Origin: Bugula neritina
Lineage: Eukaryota > Animalia > Bryozoa
Direction: 5' to 3'
Assembly: GCA_964035545.1 (NCBI GenBank)
Contig: OZ037769.1
Location: 3,267,929 to 3,331,928 of the forward strand
DNA: 64,000 bases
Shown: positions 52,253 to 64,000 of the stretch, piece after piece
How positions within the stretch are numbered: position 1 is the stretch's first letter
Layout of the letters: every line of letters begins with the position of its first letter
Translations under genes and position numbers: made by a program
The notes under the pieces: model-generated
Database searches by the model: none
What the model saw: only the letters and a program-made list of their open reading frames with translations
What the model was told of the DNA's origin: nothing

Positions 52253-52859
52253 TAAAATCAATTACTGTTAATTAAAAGATCATACTTTTTTAGTTGCATT
52301 CACAAAATATATACAAAAAATCTCAACTCAATATACCAGAAAAAATGAATTAAAATATATGTGTTAATAGCACTGAGATTGACGTGACCGTGGCGCATGA
52401 AAAATCTGAAAGAAGAGTTGTCTTCTATTTTTCTATATTAATATATAGAGCTTGTCGTGAAAATGAAGATTTTTTAAAAAAAATATTGTGATCCTCTGGT
52501 AACTTCCTGAATTTAGAAAATTAACTCATATATTTCTTTTCATGTGGACAACAGCTCACTTTTTTTTAAATTTATTTTGAAGCTCTTTTCGTAAAAAATA
52601 ATCAAAAGTAAAAAATCCAAAATTTTTACAAATTGGTTCGGGGCTTGACGTGAAAGGCATTTGGACGAAGATGTCAAGGTCACCATTAATAAATTTATTT
52701 TATCACAATTCACAATACTGCACAGAAAGTTAATGAAGTGGGCTGAAAATTAGGTTGCTAGCATATTCATATTGATATGCATTATATTGATTGTTACAGT
52801 ATTATTTTTTAAATGTGTTTTGTTATCAGTTATGTTTAACTTCTTTATAGAGCTGCTGT

Positions 52860-53490
52860 TAGACTAAGACTAAGAGTAAGACATAATATTAGCAACAATG
52901 AATGATTCAATGATAATATTAATAATTAATATCACTTTAATATTAAATTAAAATTATTATTAAATTGAAATTCACGGTGACGTATCACTATCACTATGAG
53001 TATGAGTATCGTACAAATTAATTATGAGTATGAGTATTACTATGACATTAACTCAATCAGTGATTGACTATTAGTATTACTATGAATATGACTGTGCATA
53101 ACTCAATCACAATGAGAATATCAATATGAATATGGCTTCTAATTCTTGTAACTTTTGACTATCACTATGATGATGCTGATAGTGATAATCACTGCCAGCC
53201 CAAGTCTCATACTCATAGTGATACTATTACTATTGTCTATTAGTATTAATAACTAGTATTACTATTAGTACAACTACTAGTACTGTACTAGTATTACTCA
53301 TAGTTCTGATAATGATGGAGATAATAGTTTTAAAAGTTCTACTTCTACTTTTATAGTAACTGTGAGCTAGATTGTATATGTTGAACTCTACTCATTTTTT
53401 ACTACTAATGCTAATACTAATAGTAATAGTAATACTAATAATAATTATAGTTGTTATAATGATAGTAATACTAATAGTAATAATAACTAT
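52860..53490. promoter_or_regulatory. 6-bp periodic block E (no confidently called gene)
   Basis: ACTATC ACTATG AGTATG AGTATC (52987-53010) and ATTATG AGTATG AGTATT ACTATG ACATTA (53021-53050); follows a CpG-containing patch at 52635-52685. Confidence 0.5.
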
Positions 53491-55849
53491 TTCAATTTGA
53501 TAATTTATGTTTTACAACAGCATTATCGCTTATCAATTACATTGGTTCATAATATGATTATTTTAATTTTGCTTTGTGTGTTTTTTCATGTTGTAAATTT
53601 AAGTTCGTATGGTTATTTAATGAACTAGAGAACTAGCCAAATGTTATGTACCGATTGCAATAATTTACTATAAACTCAGTGAAATTTAAAACCTAATTGA
53701 TATTACTATGACATTGATTGTACAGAGGTAGCTAAAATATACATTAAATTACCAATAATTTTAACTCGCCAATACACTATGAGTAGAACAGTCAAATGCA
53801 ATGATAGAAAATTAATTAGTCATAGCAGCCCGTTGCTTGAGGAACATTGAGCTACAGGTCTAAAATGATTTAGTTTTGTGATCCCTTATATAACAAAATA
53901 ATTTTTTTTAAACTGGTTTAATACTTTTATTATAAACACGCTTATCAAAGTAACATGTTTTTGATGTATATTCTATTAAAAAAGCAATCACATCAGGTTT
54001 TCAATTTGTATGTTGTACAAAGTTTATTATGGTGACAAGTTACTAAATTATATGGTTCAGCTTTGTAAAGTAAAGCTGATAAAATAAATACAATTATGTG
54101 ATTGTTTTACTGCTATATATTAAATTTAAATGAGTTGAATAATATCCTAGTGCATTGAATTAGATATTTTTTTTAGCTTTGGTACACCTGTTTGTTATAG
54201 GCTAACATTCCACCAATAGAAGAATGGTGCAAGTAGAAGAAATTTCAGGTGCAGAAAGCTAAGGAGCAGTCAGAATGCTGCCAGAGTTGTGAAGAGGCAC
54301 TTGAAAAAGCTGAATTTCAATAATGACATGAAATTCGTAACAGATCACCCTGGTGTAATTGAACTGACATGGCCAGCAGAGTTCTCGAAGTCACATACAA
54401 CAGCTATTTACATCATCATGGTTAGCTTAAATGTAATTCCTATATCAGTCTCTAATATATAGTTTGATATCTGCTGTAAATTCGCTTAAGGAGCATACAC
54501 ATAACCAAAACTGAGTTACACTATAGTATTTGTTCTTGAATATATTTACCAAGATAAGTAGATTTGCTAATTCATTAACAGTAAAATTATAATGATACAA
54601 CAATTTTTCTTTTAGATGATTCAATCAATAACACAAGACACTACAACATGGTTTTGCAGTTATAGAGTATTAATTTTCTGGCTCTTTCCAAATCTTCATA
54701 GAAGGCAAAGAAAACCACCGTCAGCTTGCCTTTATAACTGAGTGCACGCGTCTTCCACCTACAGATGATGGTTAACAATTTGCTGGTGTGGAACTTTCTA
54801 ATTTTGTTTACAATGAAGATAGATTATAGGACATTATTCTTTATGTAAAGATTGTCAAGTTTTGTTATAATTAAGAACAGTTTTAGTTTCAATAAATCAG
54901 TTCAACATTATGGACATCATTGCACAAACATTTTAATCTTTACTATCTACAAAGGTATCTGATGGACTACTTAAAAATACAAAACTATGCTCCAGATACA
55001 CAATGCACTGACCAGCAAAGTTAAAATGAGTTGGAGATGTAAAACATAATATCTTGTTCAAGGCTTTTCCCTGCTGTTGGAACCTTCTACTTCAGAACAC
55101 TGAATTGAACAAACATATGTAGATATATGAAACTTTGCAAAAAATAATAATGTGAAATTAGTTGCTAAGTATCACATTGCTAATAAATACAGCATTGTGT
55201 AATGTTTTATTTAATTTTTTTTTGAGCCATTGGATCTATAGGCCCGCATAGTATTTACTATATTATAACTAATAAATTGCAGACACATTATGTCAGACCA
55301 GTTTCCATTTAAATAGAATAGTGTAGGCTATCAAATTTGTAGAAGTAAAAAACCGCATTCATATTTAGTAAAATACTTGCCTTTTTTTTCATGATGCCTC
55401 TACTGCTAAAAAGAGAAGTTTTTATCAATACAGCTCCATCAATCTGTATCCTGATGAAGCTAGTAGTTTAGGAACATTTGTGGGGGGGGGGAGTGTAGGC
55501 TGAGCTGCAGTATAGGAAAAACCCCAACATATGTAATCTATTCAGCACATTATATGTATATTTATTCAAAAAAGGATTTAGAAAATGCTTTATGAAGAGA
55601 TGAACAAAGTAAAAATTAATGCTGGTGAAAGTAATATTATTACACCCATTAGAATTACTAGCAGCTATAGCATTAACATTATGTATTTTCATAAAAATGT
55701 GTCTAATTTATGCTACAAAGTTATTACTGCCAAAGGTTACAAAATTTACCAGTCACATTCATGCAGCTGGCGGAGAATAACTAACTTTCACTTGCAATAA
55801 ATATTATATAATATATTGATAATTATTGGAATCATAATTATATTTATTG

Positions 55850-56480
55850 TTATGATCATTATGATTATAATTATTTAATATTATCTTTATGTTTGTATTT
55901 AAAGTTGTTCCTTAAATTAAAAGTTGTTTAAGTTTTATAAATTTATTATAATTATATTTCTGTATAAGTATTAGTATAATTAAATTATTATAATTTATAT
56001 TTTATTATTTATATTTATTTCACTTTTTATTTCAAGACCAGCAGTTCAAATTGAAATTAATACTTGTGTCGTTTGCTTTATATTATAACTTACAAGTATA
56101 ACTATTAACATAATAATATTACATTTGCTATTAGTATTACTATGAATATAAATATTTATATTAATATAGCTATCGGTATAACTTATAGTTATAGTTATAC
56201 TTATAGTTATAACTAATATAACTATAAGTATAAGTATTAGTTTCGAAACTGATCCTGCTCCGTAACATTAACATACTGATACTGTCATATGATTATCATT
56301 ATGACTAATAATAGTATTAATAAATATAACCATTGAATATTATTAATAATAGTTCACCAATAGGCGATAGTCATAGACTTAGAGTGAGAGTCAATGTCAT
56401 AGAAATAGAGTTAGACTAGTGACACTCATACTGATACTGATACTCATACTGTGATTCACTTTCAGTTACAAATTTCAAAA
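55850..56480. promoter_or_regulatory. 6-bp periodic block F (downstream of a candidate minus-strand first exon)
   Basis: AGACTT AGAGTG AGAGTC AATGTC (56375-56398) and ACACTC ATACTG ATACTG ATACTC ATACTG. Minus-strand donor AAG|GTAACT at 56689; CpG-rich patch at 56700-56900. Confidence 0.5.
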
Positions 56481-57786
56481 CTTGGTTTTACGTAGACAAC
56501 TACTAACCTATAATTCATCACAAAACGGTTGAAAATCATCATTTACTGCATATTTAAGAGTAATTTTCTGGTAGTGTGGTCGACATGATAATTGAAATTA
56601 AAATAGGGAAAATAATTATTTTGTGATTTACAGCAAGTTACAAACTAGCGAAATGAAATAGTCCATTTGAAAACAGTTAAATTAGTTACCTTTCTTGATG
56701 TTGCGTAGCTAACGTTAGTTATTAGTAGCCGCCCGAAGAGTAACATTCATGTGATTTGAGCTACGAATAACGAGAATCTGCGACAAACCCGCTTCTTAAT
56801 AACTTTACGCGATATAAACTCACGCTACAATTGGGCTATTTTGCCATCCCCACGTCACGGAGGGCACGCTCGCGGGCAAGTCTGGGCAAGTCTAAGACAC
56901 CTAATATGACCACTTTTACTTACATTTTTGTAGTGTTTTCGTATAAGAAATTGGGTAAAATGCTGATAAAACAGTTGAAAAGCATGCAAACTTTTGCTCA
57001 AATGTAATAAATAACCTGGAAGCTTACCGCCTTTAAAGATATCAACTGGTTGAAGTTGCATATTCCTTGTTGATTATTATTATTTCTTGTATTTTAGGGA
57101 CAAGGATGCAGCAAAAGAACCTGAACCTAAATATTTCATATTATATATATATATATTGTAAATAAACAAATAATTGTATGCCAAACAGTTTGATATTCTT
57201 TCAAGACAAAGGTGAAAGTTACCTTGCAAATCAATTCTAGCCAACATAGGATGTGTTAAACATTACTTCAAATGTTGAATTAGAGCATATTATGGTTACA
57301 AAAATATTATAAGAGTAAAAAGTTCTTTTTTAGATTACAAAATTATTACAGGGCAGAACAAACTAGAAAACTGTATGCAATTTCTCATCTTTGGAATCGC
57401 TAATAACATTTAATACATGTTTGATAACAGATTATGTGTATTCTGCCAGTCACACACACACATTAGTAAAAACTAGCTTTACAACTTTCAAAATTATTTT
57501 AATATAAAAACAACTACTAAAATGCAGCAATAAGTATTGTGGAAAAAGGATAATTGGTTACTCATAAGCAAGTTTCATTAGCAACGACAGTACATCATGT
57601 GACTAAAAACAACCTGGAAGAAACTCGAACATATACAGTGTGCAAGCAAGCACAATCATAGGTATTTTTAAGCTAGACATAAAATTATTATTGAAGAGAG
57701 CTAGTTAAAATATATCCTCACTCAGATAGATAGTGGCTTGAAAAATATATCCAAAAACTATCAAAAAAGGTTTCAAGAAAAAAGCT

Positions 57787-58080
57787 TTAGTCTTCGTCAG
57801 ATGAGTCAGAATAAATCGGCTGCAAGTCATCATCATCTATAATTTCTTCACACTGGAAAACAAAATGAAGTATTTTTTAATCACCCCACGTTAGCCACTA
57901 TACAAGTTTTGAAATAGATTATGGTACAAAAAAATATTATAGTTATATTTCTACTGAAGATTAAAAAACACACACAACAGTTTCAAATAGTGCAATGTGT
58001 TATTAGTTTATCTTTTAAAGGATCCCTGGAATGCGGTACTTATGCACTATTAAATATATATATACATATACATACATATA

Positions 58081-58120
<40 letters not shown>

Positions 58121-58146
58121 CATACATATATATATGTATATATATG

Positions 58147-58194
<48 letters not shown>

Positions 58195-61100
58195 CATACA
58201 TATATATATGTATGTATATGTATGTATGTATGTATATCAATTCAGCACATATACACATAAAATTTGTTGTAAAACAAAATTTAAATATTCTTATATATTA
58301 TATTAACTTTCATTTACATTTAGTCAGAGATCCTTCAACATACACAAATATAAAAAAAACTTTACAATCTTAGCTAAAGATTTGCCAACATTTAGATACA
58401 ACCTCTTGATCAGCACCAGAGAAGTTGGCATAACAAGACTTGAGAAAGGCTTGTTTAAATTGGGTGGAGATGGTGTCATCATTATGGTTACCATCACTTA
58501 AGGATGCTGCCATGCGTGCTACAAGAAATATATGGTGGCAACATTGACAGAAAACTGACATAGTGATGACATAAAAAGACAGTTTTGTCACAAGAATAGA
58601 TAGAATCGTAAATTGAGTTACACATGAAATTACAGACTGCAAAAAATTAAAACTGATTTTGGAAAATAGAAATATACAACTACTATACCTGCATATTCAA
58701 GCAATTTTACGCGCTCTTCACCTAATATATCCAATTCTTCCACTGTTTTATTGTAGAGATGGTATGCATCGAACAGCTTCAGTAAATTGGGGGATACAGA
58801 GAGCTTGATTTCCGAGCCTGTCCATGGAAAGATCATGGAGGTGGCTTGGTCAAAGTCTGTACGAGACAGGTCCGGGTGATTTTGCACATACTCATCAACA
58901 GCCTTTTGAAGCTTCAAATATGTCGCACGTCGTTTGCTCCGCAACCTGTCACGCCCCTTTGATGAGTCTAAATTATGAAACATATGAATGATAGTTGCCA
59001 CTAAACATTTAAAGTTTTGAGCAACCGCAAAAAAAGCAAATTTGACTAAAAATAGGTACAGTAATGTGACGGACAACATTTCTCGCTACAGAAAATAGGA
59101 TGGGTCTCAGATGAAAACTTCCCAGTTAGATGCTATTTTTTATTTTGGTAAAAAAAATAAAATGAGATATATACACATGTTGCCTCCATAACAAATTATC
59201 ACAACACCGAACTAAAAATTAGAAAAGTTACAAGTTTGCCAACCTGCTAACTTGAGAATGTTTGCATCAAACCGCTGTATAGTGCAAGCTAAATCTTCCA
59301 ATTTTCTTTGATCTGCAGTCAAATCTAATAATAGAAATATACAGTTTAGCGTTTATTCTGCTATGTATTGAACTAGCCTTATCATTACACCACATAGACA
59401 TCTTATGACATACCACGTTTAACATACTGGGTTAACTCTTATTCTGATGTCTATTTGCCTAAACTCATTATACACAGTTTTTTGCCATACTAATATTCTG
59501 TAATTTTTCATCTACATTTATTTTTAATGTCAGTTACCTGTTAGCTCCAATACGTTACAGTCATACATTCTACAATCTTAATTATATGTATATTTAATCT
59601 TACTTGTCTAACAATATGGCAGGAGCACAACACATTCCACAACACAACACATTTAATTTAAAATTTGATCTCAAATTCCAAACAATTGATTTTTCGAAAA
59701 AATTGTGGATTACAAAACCGCAATCTCTGGAAAAAATTTAAGTTTTCAGGCTGTATCTTAAGCAGAGGTATTCTTGAAATATAACTGAATTTGATGAAGC
59801 AAACATTTATGAAGCTAAACAAATTAGGTCTGCTTAAACATCCCTATAGTAGCTATTATAAATATAAACAAAGAAGATTTGTTGATTTTCATAACGTATG
59901 ATGGAGAAAATCTGATCCACTTGATAGAACAGTATAGATAAACATATATTCTATTAGATACGCAATCTGAAGGGTTTTAATCTGTCAAATTTGTGTGCAA
60001 ATTAGATTACCTAACAATTTGCTGACTAACAACTAACCAACTCTATAAGAAAGCTTTACCTGGCGAGGAGGAGCAAATCCTCTCCATCACCTCTTCTATG
60101 CTGCTGGCCTCTGGAATTTCAGATTTCTTCAGCTCTACCATAGTGGCATGCCGTTTCGGCAGTTCCATTTCAATCTAATAATAATTAGTCATTTAAGAAA
60201 CATAAATATCATCACATTTAAATATTCAACTCGATAATTCAATTTGTTTCAATAACTACTACTAAGCATGCATTATGCCAATGTACTTTTCTTCAATGTT
60301 AATGCATAGAACGAAACCATAATAATAAGTTAATGCATACATTCTGCAGGCTTTAGCTACTTATGGATTTTCAGACGGTTTTTCATGATCATCCGAAAAT
60401 CCAAATTAGGTAAAAAAACATTATCCACGAAAATTGAAAAGGATTAAAAAGAAACTTGATTATTTATTGACAATTTTTTAGTTTTGGTCAAAATCAACAG
60501 CTGCAGTCTGAAAAATAGCTAAAAAATGAAGAATACTAAATAAATTACCATAATCGATTTAGCAACCACTGCAGTAAAATAAAAATAATATAATGCAACT
60601 AAATGGAAGAATGATGCTAAGCTATTATTTACTCCAATATTACAATGAAATTCCGAATGAAAAACCCTTTAAATATATAAATAAGACACTTTTAAATGTT
60701 TGATTGCATAAATAATAATATATACAAGCTATAATACTTCAGAAATGTTAGTTTTAGATGTTGACTAAACTTAATTGAACACAAGGTTTTTTTTAATAAA
60801 ATAAGTTTTCCATAACTGTATACAACACCTGCTTTATCTTTTTTGCCAACATTTCCGGCATCTTCTTTATTTTTCTGAAATTCCAGAAGCCAGCAGCATG
60901 CTCGAGCTGCTGACGACGACCTAGAAAAACCAATACAATACTTTAAAGCATTAAAAAGGCATAATGGTACTTGTACACCTTAAACAATGCATTTTGAAAC
61001 AGTTTCAATAGGTTATATATCAAATGAACTTAATATACATTCAAACAGCACGTAGTTAACAAGTATATGTTTCAAAGAGAATATAAATTGGGTACCATTA

Positions 61101-63961
61101 GCAGTCATATGTCTCGTTATCAAACCACACCGAGACATGTAGCTGTTTGTTTGCTCCGTGGTCTCGCCAGTGCTCAGTCCTACTCCCTTTTTCACCCTGC
61201 CACTCCACCTAGTCTTTAAATAGAAACAACATTGCAGCTGCGGCCTGGGGATGTTTCAATTTAAGCCTAAACAACTTGAAACCAATCATGTAAAAAATAG
61301 TTAACATGAAAAGTTTGCTTCTATATTTTAAACCAAAATTTGCATGGAGGCAGCTAAAGGCAAAATACTCATCAGATTCAAAGGCTAAAAAATTTGGCAT
61401 TTACATGTAAATGCATTGCTTCTACTTATGCTACTGAAAACTAAAAGATTTACTGAAGCATAGTACCTGACATGTCCAAGTGTGGGCTTTAGCGTGCATC
61501 ACACTCAAAAAATATTTTTGAGAGGATGCACGCTGCGCGTCCATTTTGGACAGCCAGGGGTAGTACTGGCACATGACGTCAGTAGCTATGAACTTCGCGC
61601 CAGAAAACTGTTTCTAAAATTGTTCAAACATATAATTAAAAAAATGAAGCTTTGACGTGTAAAATTTTTAAATGTACTTTGATCAGAGTTAAATTTCACA
61701 AAAAGTCACAACACATTTTGAAAACACATGAATAAAGGTTAGGAGAGCACTAATTAACTCACCTGCATTATATATGGGTAAGCGAAAACTTCCCCCCTAT
61801 CCATGTCCAGTGCCTTGAGCACTAGAGCATGACGGCAAGTGGCCATCATACAGCCAGTCACACTTTTTTTTGAGAAACTGCCGGAAGACGTCTTTGCTGC
61901 TTTCCACGCAGTCTCTCCACAGTGGCCATCAACTGAGTACTTCTAAAAATCAGATAACATAATAGCTCACTTATTTACTTAGATTAAAAAGGTACAAATA
62001 AAAAAGGTAGAATAAGTGCTATGAACATCAAACTGGTAAATTTCACCAAATAGTAAAACCAGCATATTTGAAAGCGTATCCATTTTAGTATACTATTTTG
62101 AAACTTTATCTGACATTTTTCGAAACACAAATCTTTTCAACTGCATTTTTCACTTCACCGTCATCTAAGAAAAGATGCGACGGCACTGCCTCTTCAACTG
62201 TTACTCTAAAAATAAAACAATCATAATAATAATAAGTAAAGCACACAACTACCTATTCAATATTACATTTACATGCACATAAATGAGACAGAACAAAAAC
62301 TGTGCTACCCAAGAGAAACTTACCTTCCAGCTGCTTTATATTTATAAAGCTTCATGTTGCCATCAATATGAACTGCGTGTGGTGAAGCTCCGCAGCAGGG
62401 ACAATTAAAGGTTTGAGCAACATGATGGAAGAAAAAAGATTCCGCCTTTTTCCATTCCAGGAAACAGCAGTTGAAGGTGTCCTGGGACATAGAGAACTTT
62501 TGCTGTAAGAATAAACAAAAGTTGCTATTATAGGCTACCTACTTAATTTTCAGCCAGAAACTAAATTTGGCCAAATTGAAAATTTACTAAGTTGCAATAC
62601 ATTGTTAAAGCTATTCGTCAAATTCTTGACCCTTAGATAACTTAACCAGCCAATTTAAAAATAAAAAGCAAAGAAAATGATAACCATCTGTAGATAATGA
62701 TATTCAATTATAACTTTAGCAACTAAATAACTAACCTAAGATTAAATGACTATTACAAAGCATTGAAAAAAGATTCACAAAATTATGTATAACAGCTGCC
62801 TTTCCCAGTTATTGATTTTATGCTGTCAACATAACTATTAAATTTTGAAAGAGCATCAAATAGCTAGTCAATTTTCACTATTAGAAGGGAGGCTTCTGCA
62901 TCAATAAGATTTTCAGTAAAACTATATAAGGGTAATCAGAACAGTGATATTAACTGAAACTCAGTATTCATTTTAGCAGAGGTAAACATTCAGCATAAGT
63001 GTATAAATGAATACTAGATTTTAAAGTTGGACAAATAATAAATGAAGAAATTTGAATAAAAGCAGCAAAAAATTAGGAATATTGACCTTGCCATCCAATG
63101 CTGATATAAATTTTAGACTAGAAAGCATGCTTTTCATGCTTAGAGAGGGGGAATGGTGCTGCAAGATGCTATTATGCAACAAGTAACTGAATTCCACAAA
63201 TACTTTTCCCTCAGGAGTTAGTGGCCACAGCCCGATTTTAGGAAAATCTTCACACAGCTGAACAGGTGCCCACGAGCACAGCTCACAATAAGGTACATTT
63301 ATCGCTGTTTCAGAGAGCCCTAAAACCGAAAGATTATAGTAAAATGTTGAAAGCTAAATATAAAGAGTCTGAAAAATGAAAACATGCATGCATTTTAAAG
63401 TTTACTTTAGAATAACAGGAAGTAAAGCAAAAAATAGATGTGTGGGCAAAATGTAAATTAGCAAAAAACCCGAAAATTCCACATCACCTAAAGTGGTGGA
63501 GAATGCAACAATGACCTGAATGAATGAAAATATTTTTAAATTAGAGTTTAGAACTTGTAAAATTTACCATCATTAGTGATGACCTTGAGGGTATAAGTAG
63601 CTCTCTCAATGATTGGCTGGTTGCAGACTTGGCAAGTTGATGGAAGCAGAGTAATCCGATCACCTAAAATTAAAATCAAAAATCAGTTCTTGGCTAGAAA
63701 TGCTAACCTTTTACATTCAGCAATATAGAAAATATAGTTATAACATGGCAATCATGACGGTTAAGACTGTTAATTGAAATCGACGCTATAGAAAGCACAT
63801 ACTAAGAGAGAGTTTTCGAGCTTCCATGCCAGTAATTGTATTCTTATGAAGAATTGATCGAATTTTGTCCCATTTAACTAAGCTAGCCTCTATATATGTA
63901 GGTGTTCTTTGTGGCTGGGAAGAACAGTACTGTCCAACAAGGTCCAGCAATCTTTCAACAT
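57787..63961 (-). CDS. KDZ (Kyakuja-Dileera-Zisupton) transposase with N-terminal CxC cysteine cluster; 5' end lies beyond the window
   Basis: 14 phase-consistent exons, ~650 codons, no stops: 63961-63803, 63663-63568, 63319-63087, 62502-62324, 62205-62115, 61942-61763, 61613-61467, 61213-61096, 60920-60829, 60174-60060, 59324-59244, 58967-58689, 58518-58403, 57852-57787. Motifs [71 protein letters not shown]. Confidence 0.88.
58053..58237. repeat. Compound (TA)n/(TACA)/(TATG) microsatellite in the last KDZ intron
   Basis: Directly visible. Confidence 0.95.
60440..60535. mobile_element. Decayed arm of the MITE family found at 3440-3781
   Basis: AAACTTGATTATTTA..TAGTTTTGGTCAAAA..TGAAAAATAGCTAAAAA resembles 3665-3765. 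Confidence 0.5.
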
Positions 63962-64000
63962 CTGAGAAAATTAAATAAAAACATATACTGCTCAAAAGCT

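Noticed and set aside
57921-58373. YI-rich ORFs on both strands
   Set aside because: Translation of a (TA)n microsatellite inside a KDZ intron.

Overview
AT-rich eukaryotic (invertebrate animal-like) genomic window with GT-AG spliced genes, which I assembled by hand from splice sites and reading phase. The left 38 kb is gene-dense: RPB3/POLR2C, an uncharacterised 7-exon gene, a Sesquipedalian/PHETA PH-domain gene, an intronless-CDS kynurenine aminotransferase, a carbohydrate sulfotransferase, a secreted Cys-rich/mucin-linker gene and SGF11/ATXN7L3. A segmental duplication created a short, divergent paralog of the Cys-rich gene and a dead SGF11 3' copy. The right part is repeat-rich (hAT and other MITEs, tRNA-derived SINEs). 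It carries a Zn-ribbon/Ser-Thr-repeat/chromodomain gene converging on an intact KDZ (Kyakuja-Dileera-Zisupton) transposase gene of at least 14 exons. The most unexpected signal is six mutually non-homologous 0.55-1 kb blocks with a strand-symmetric 6-bp periodicity (A-N-N-N-T-N). Three lie in the first intron of housekeeping genes, and they are absent from the TATA-type promoters. Family assignments are from motif recognition only; no searches were run.
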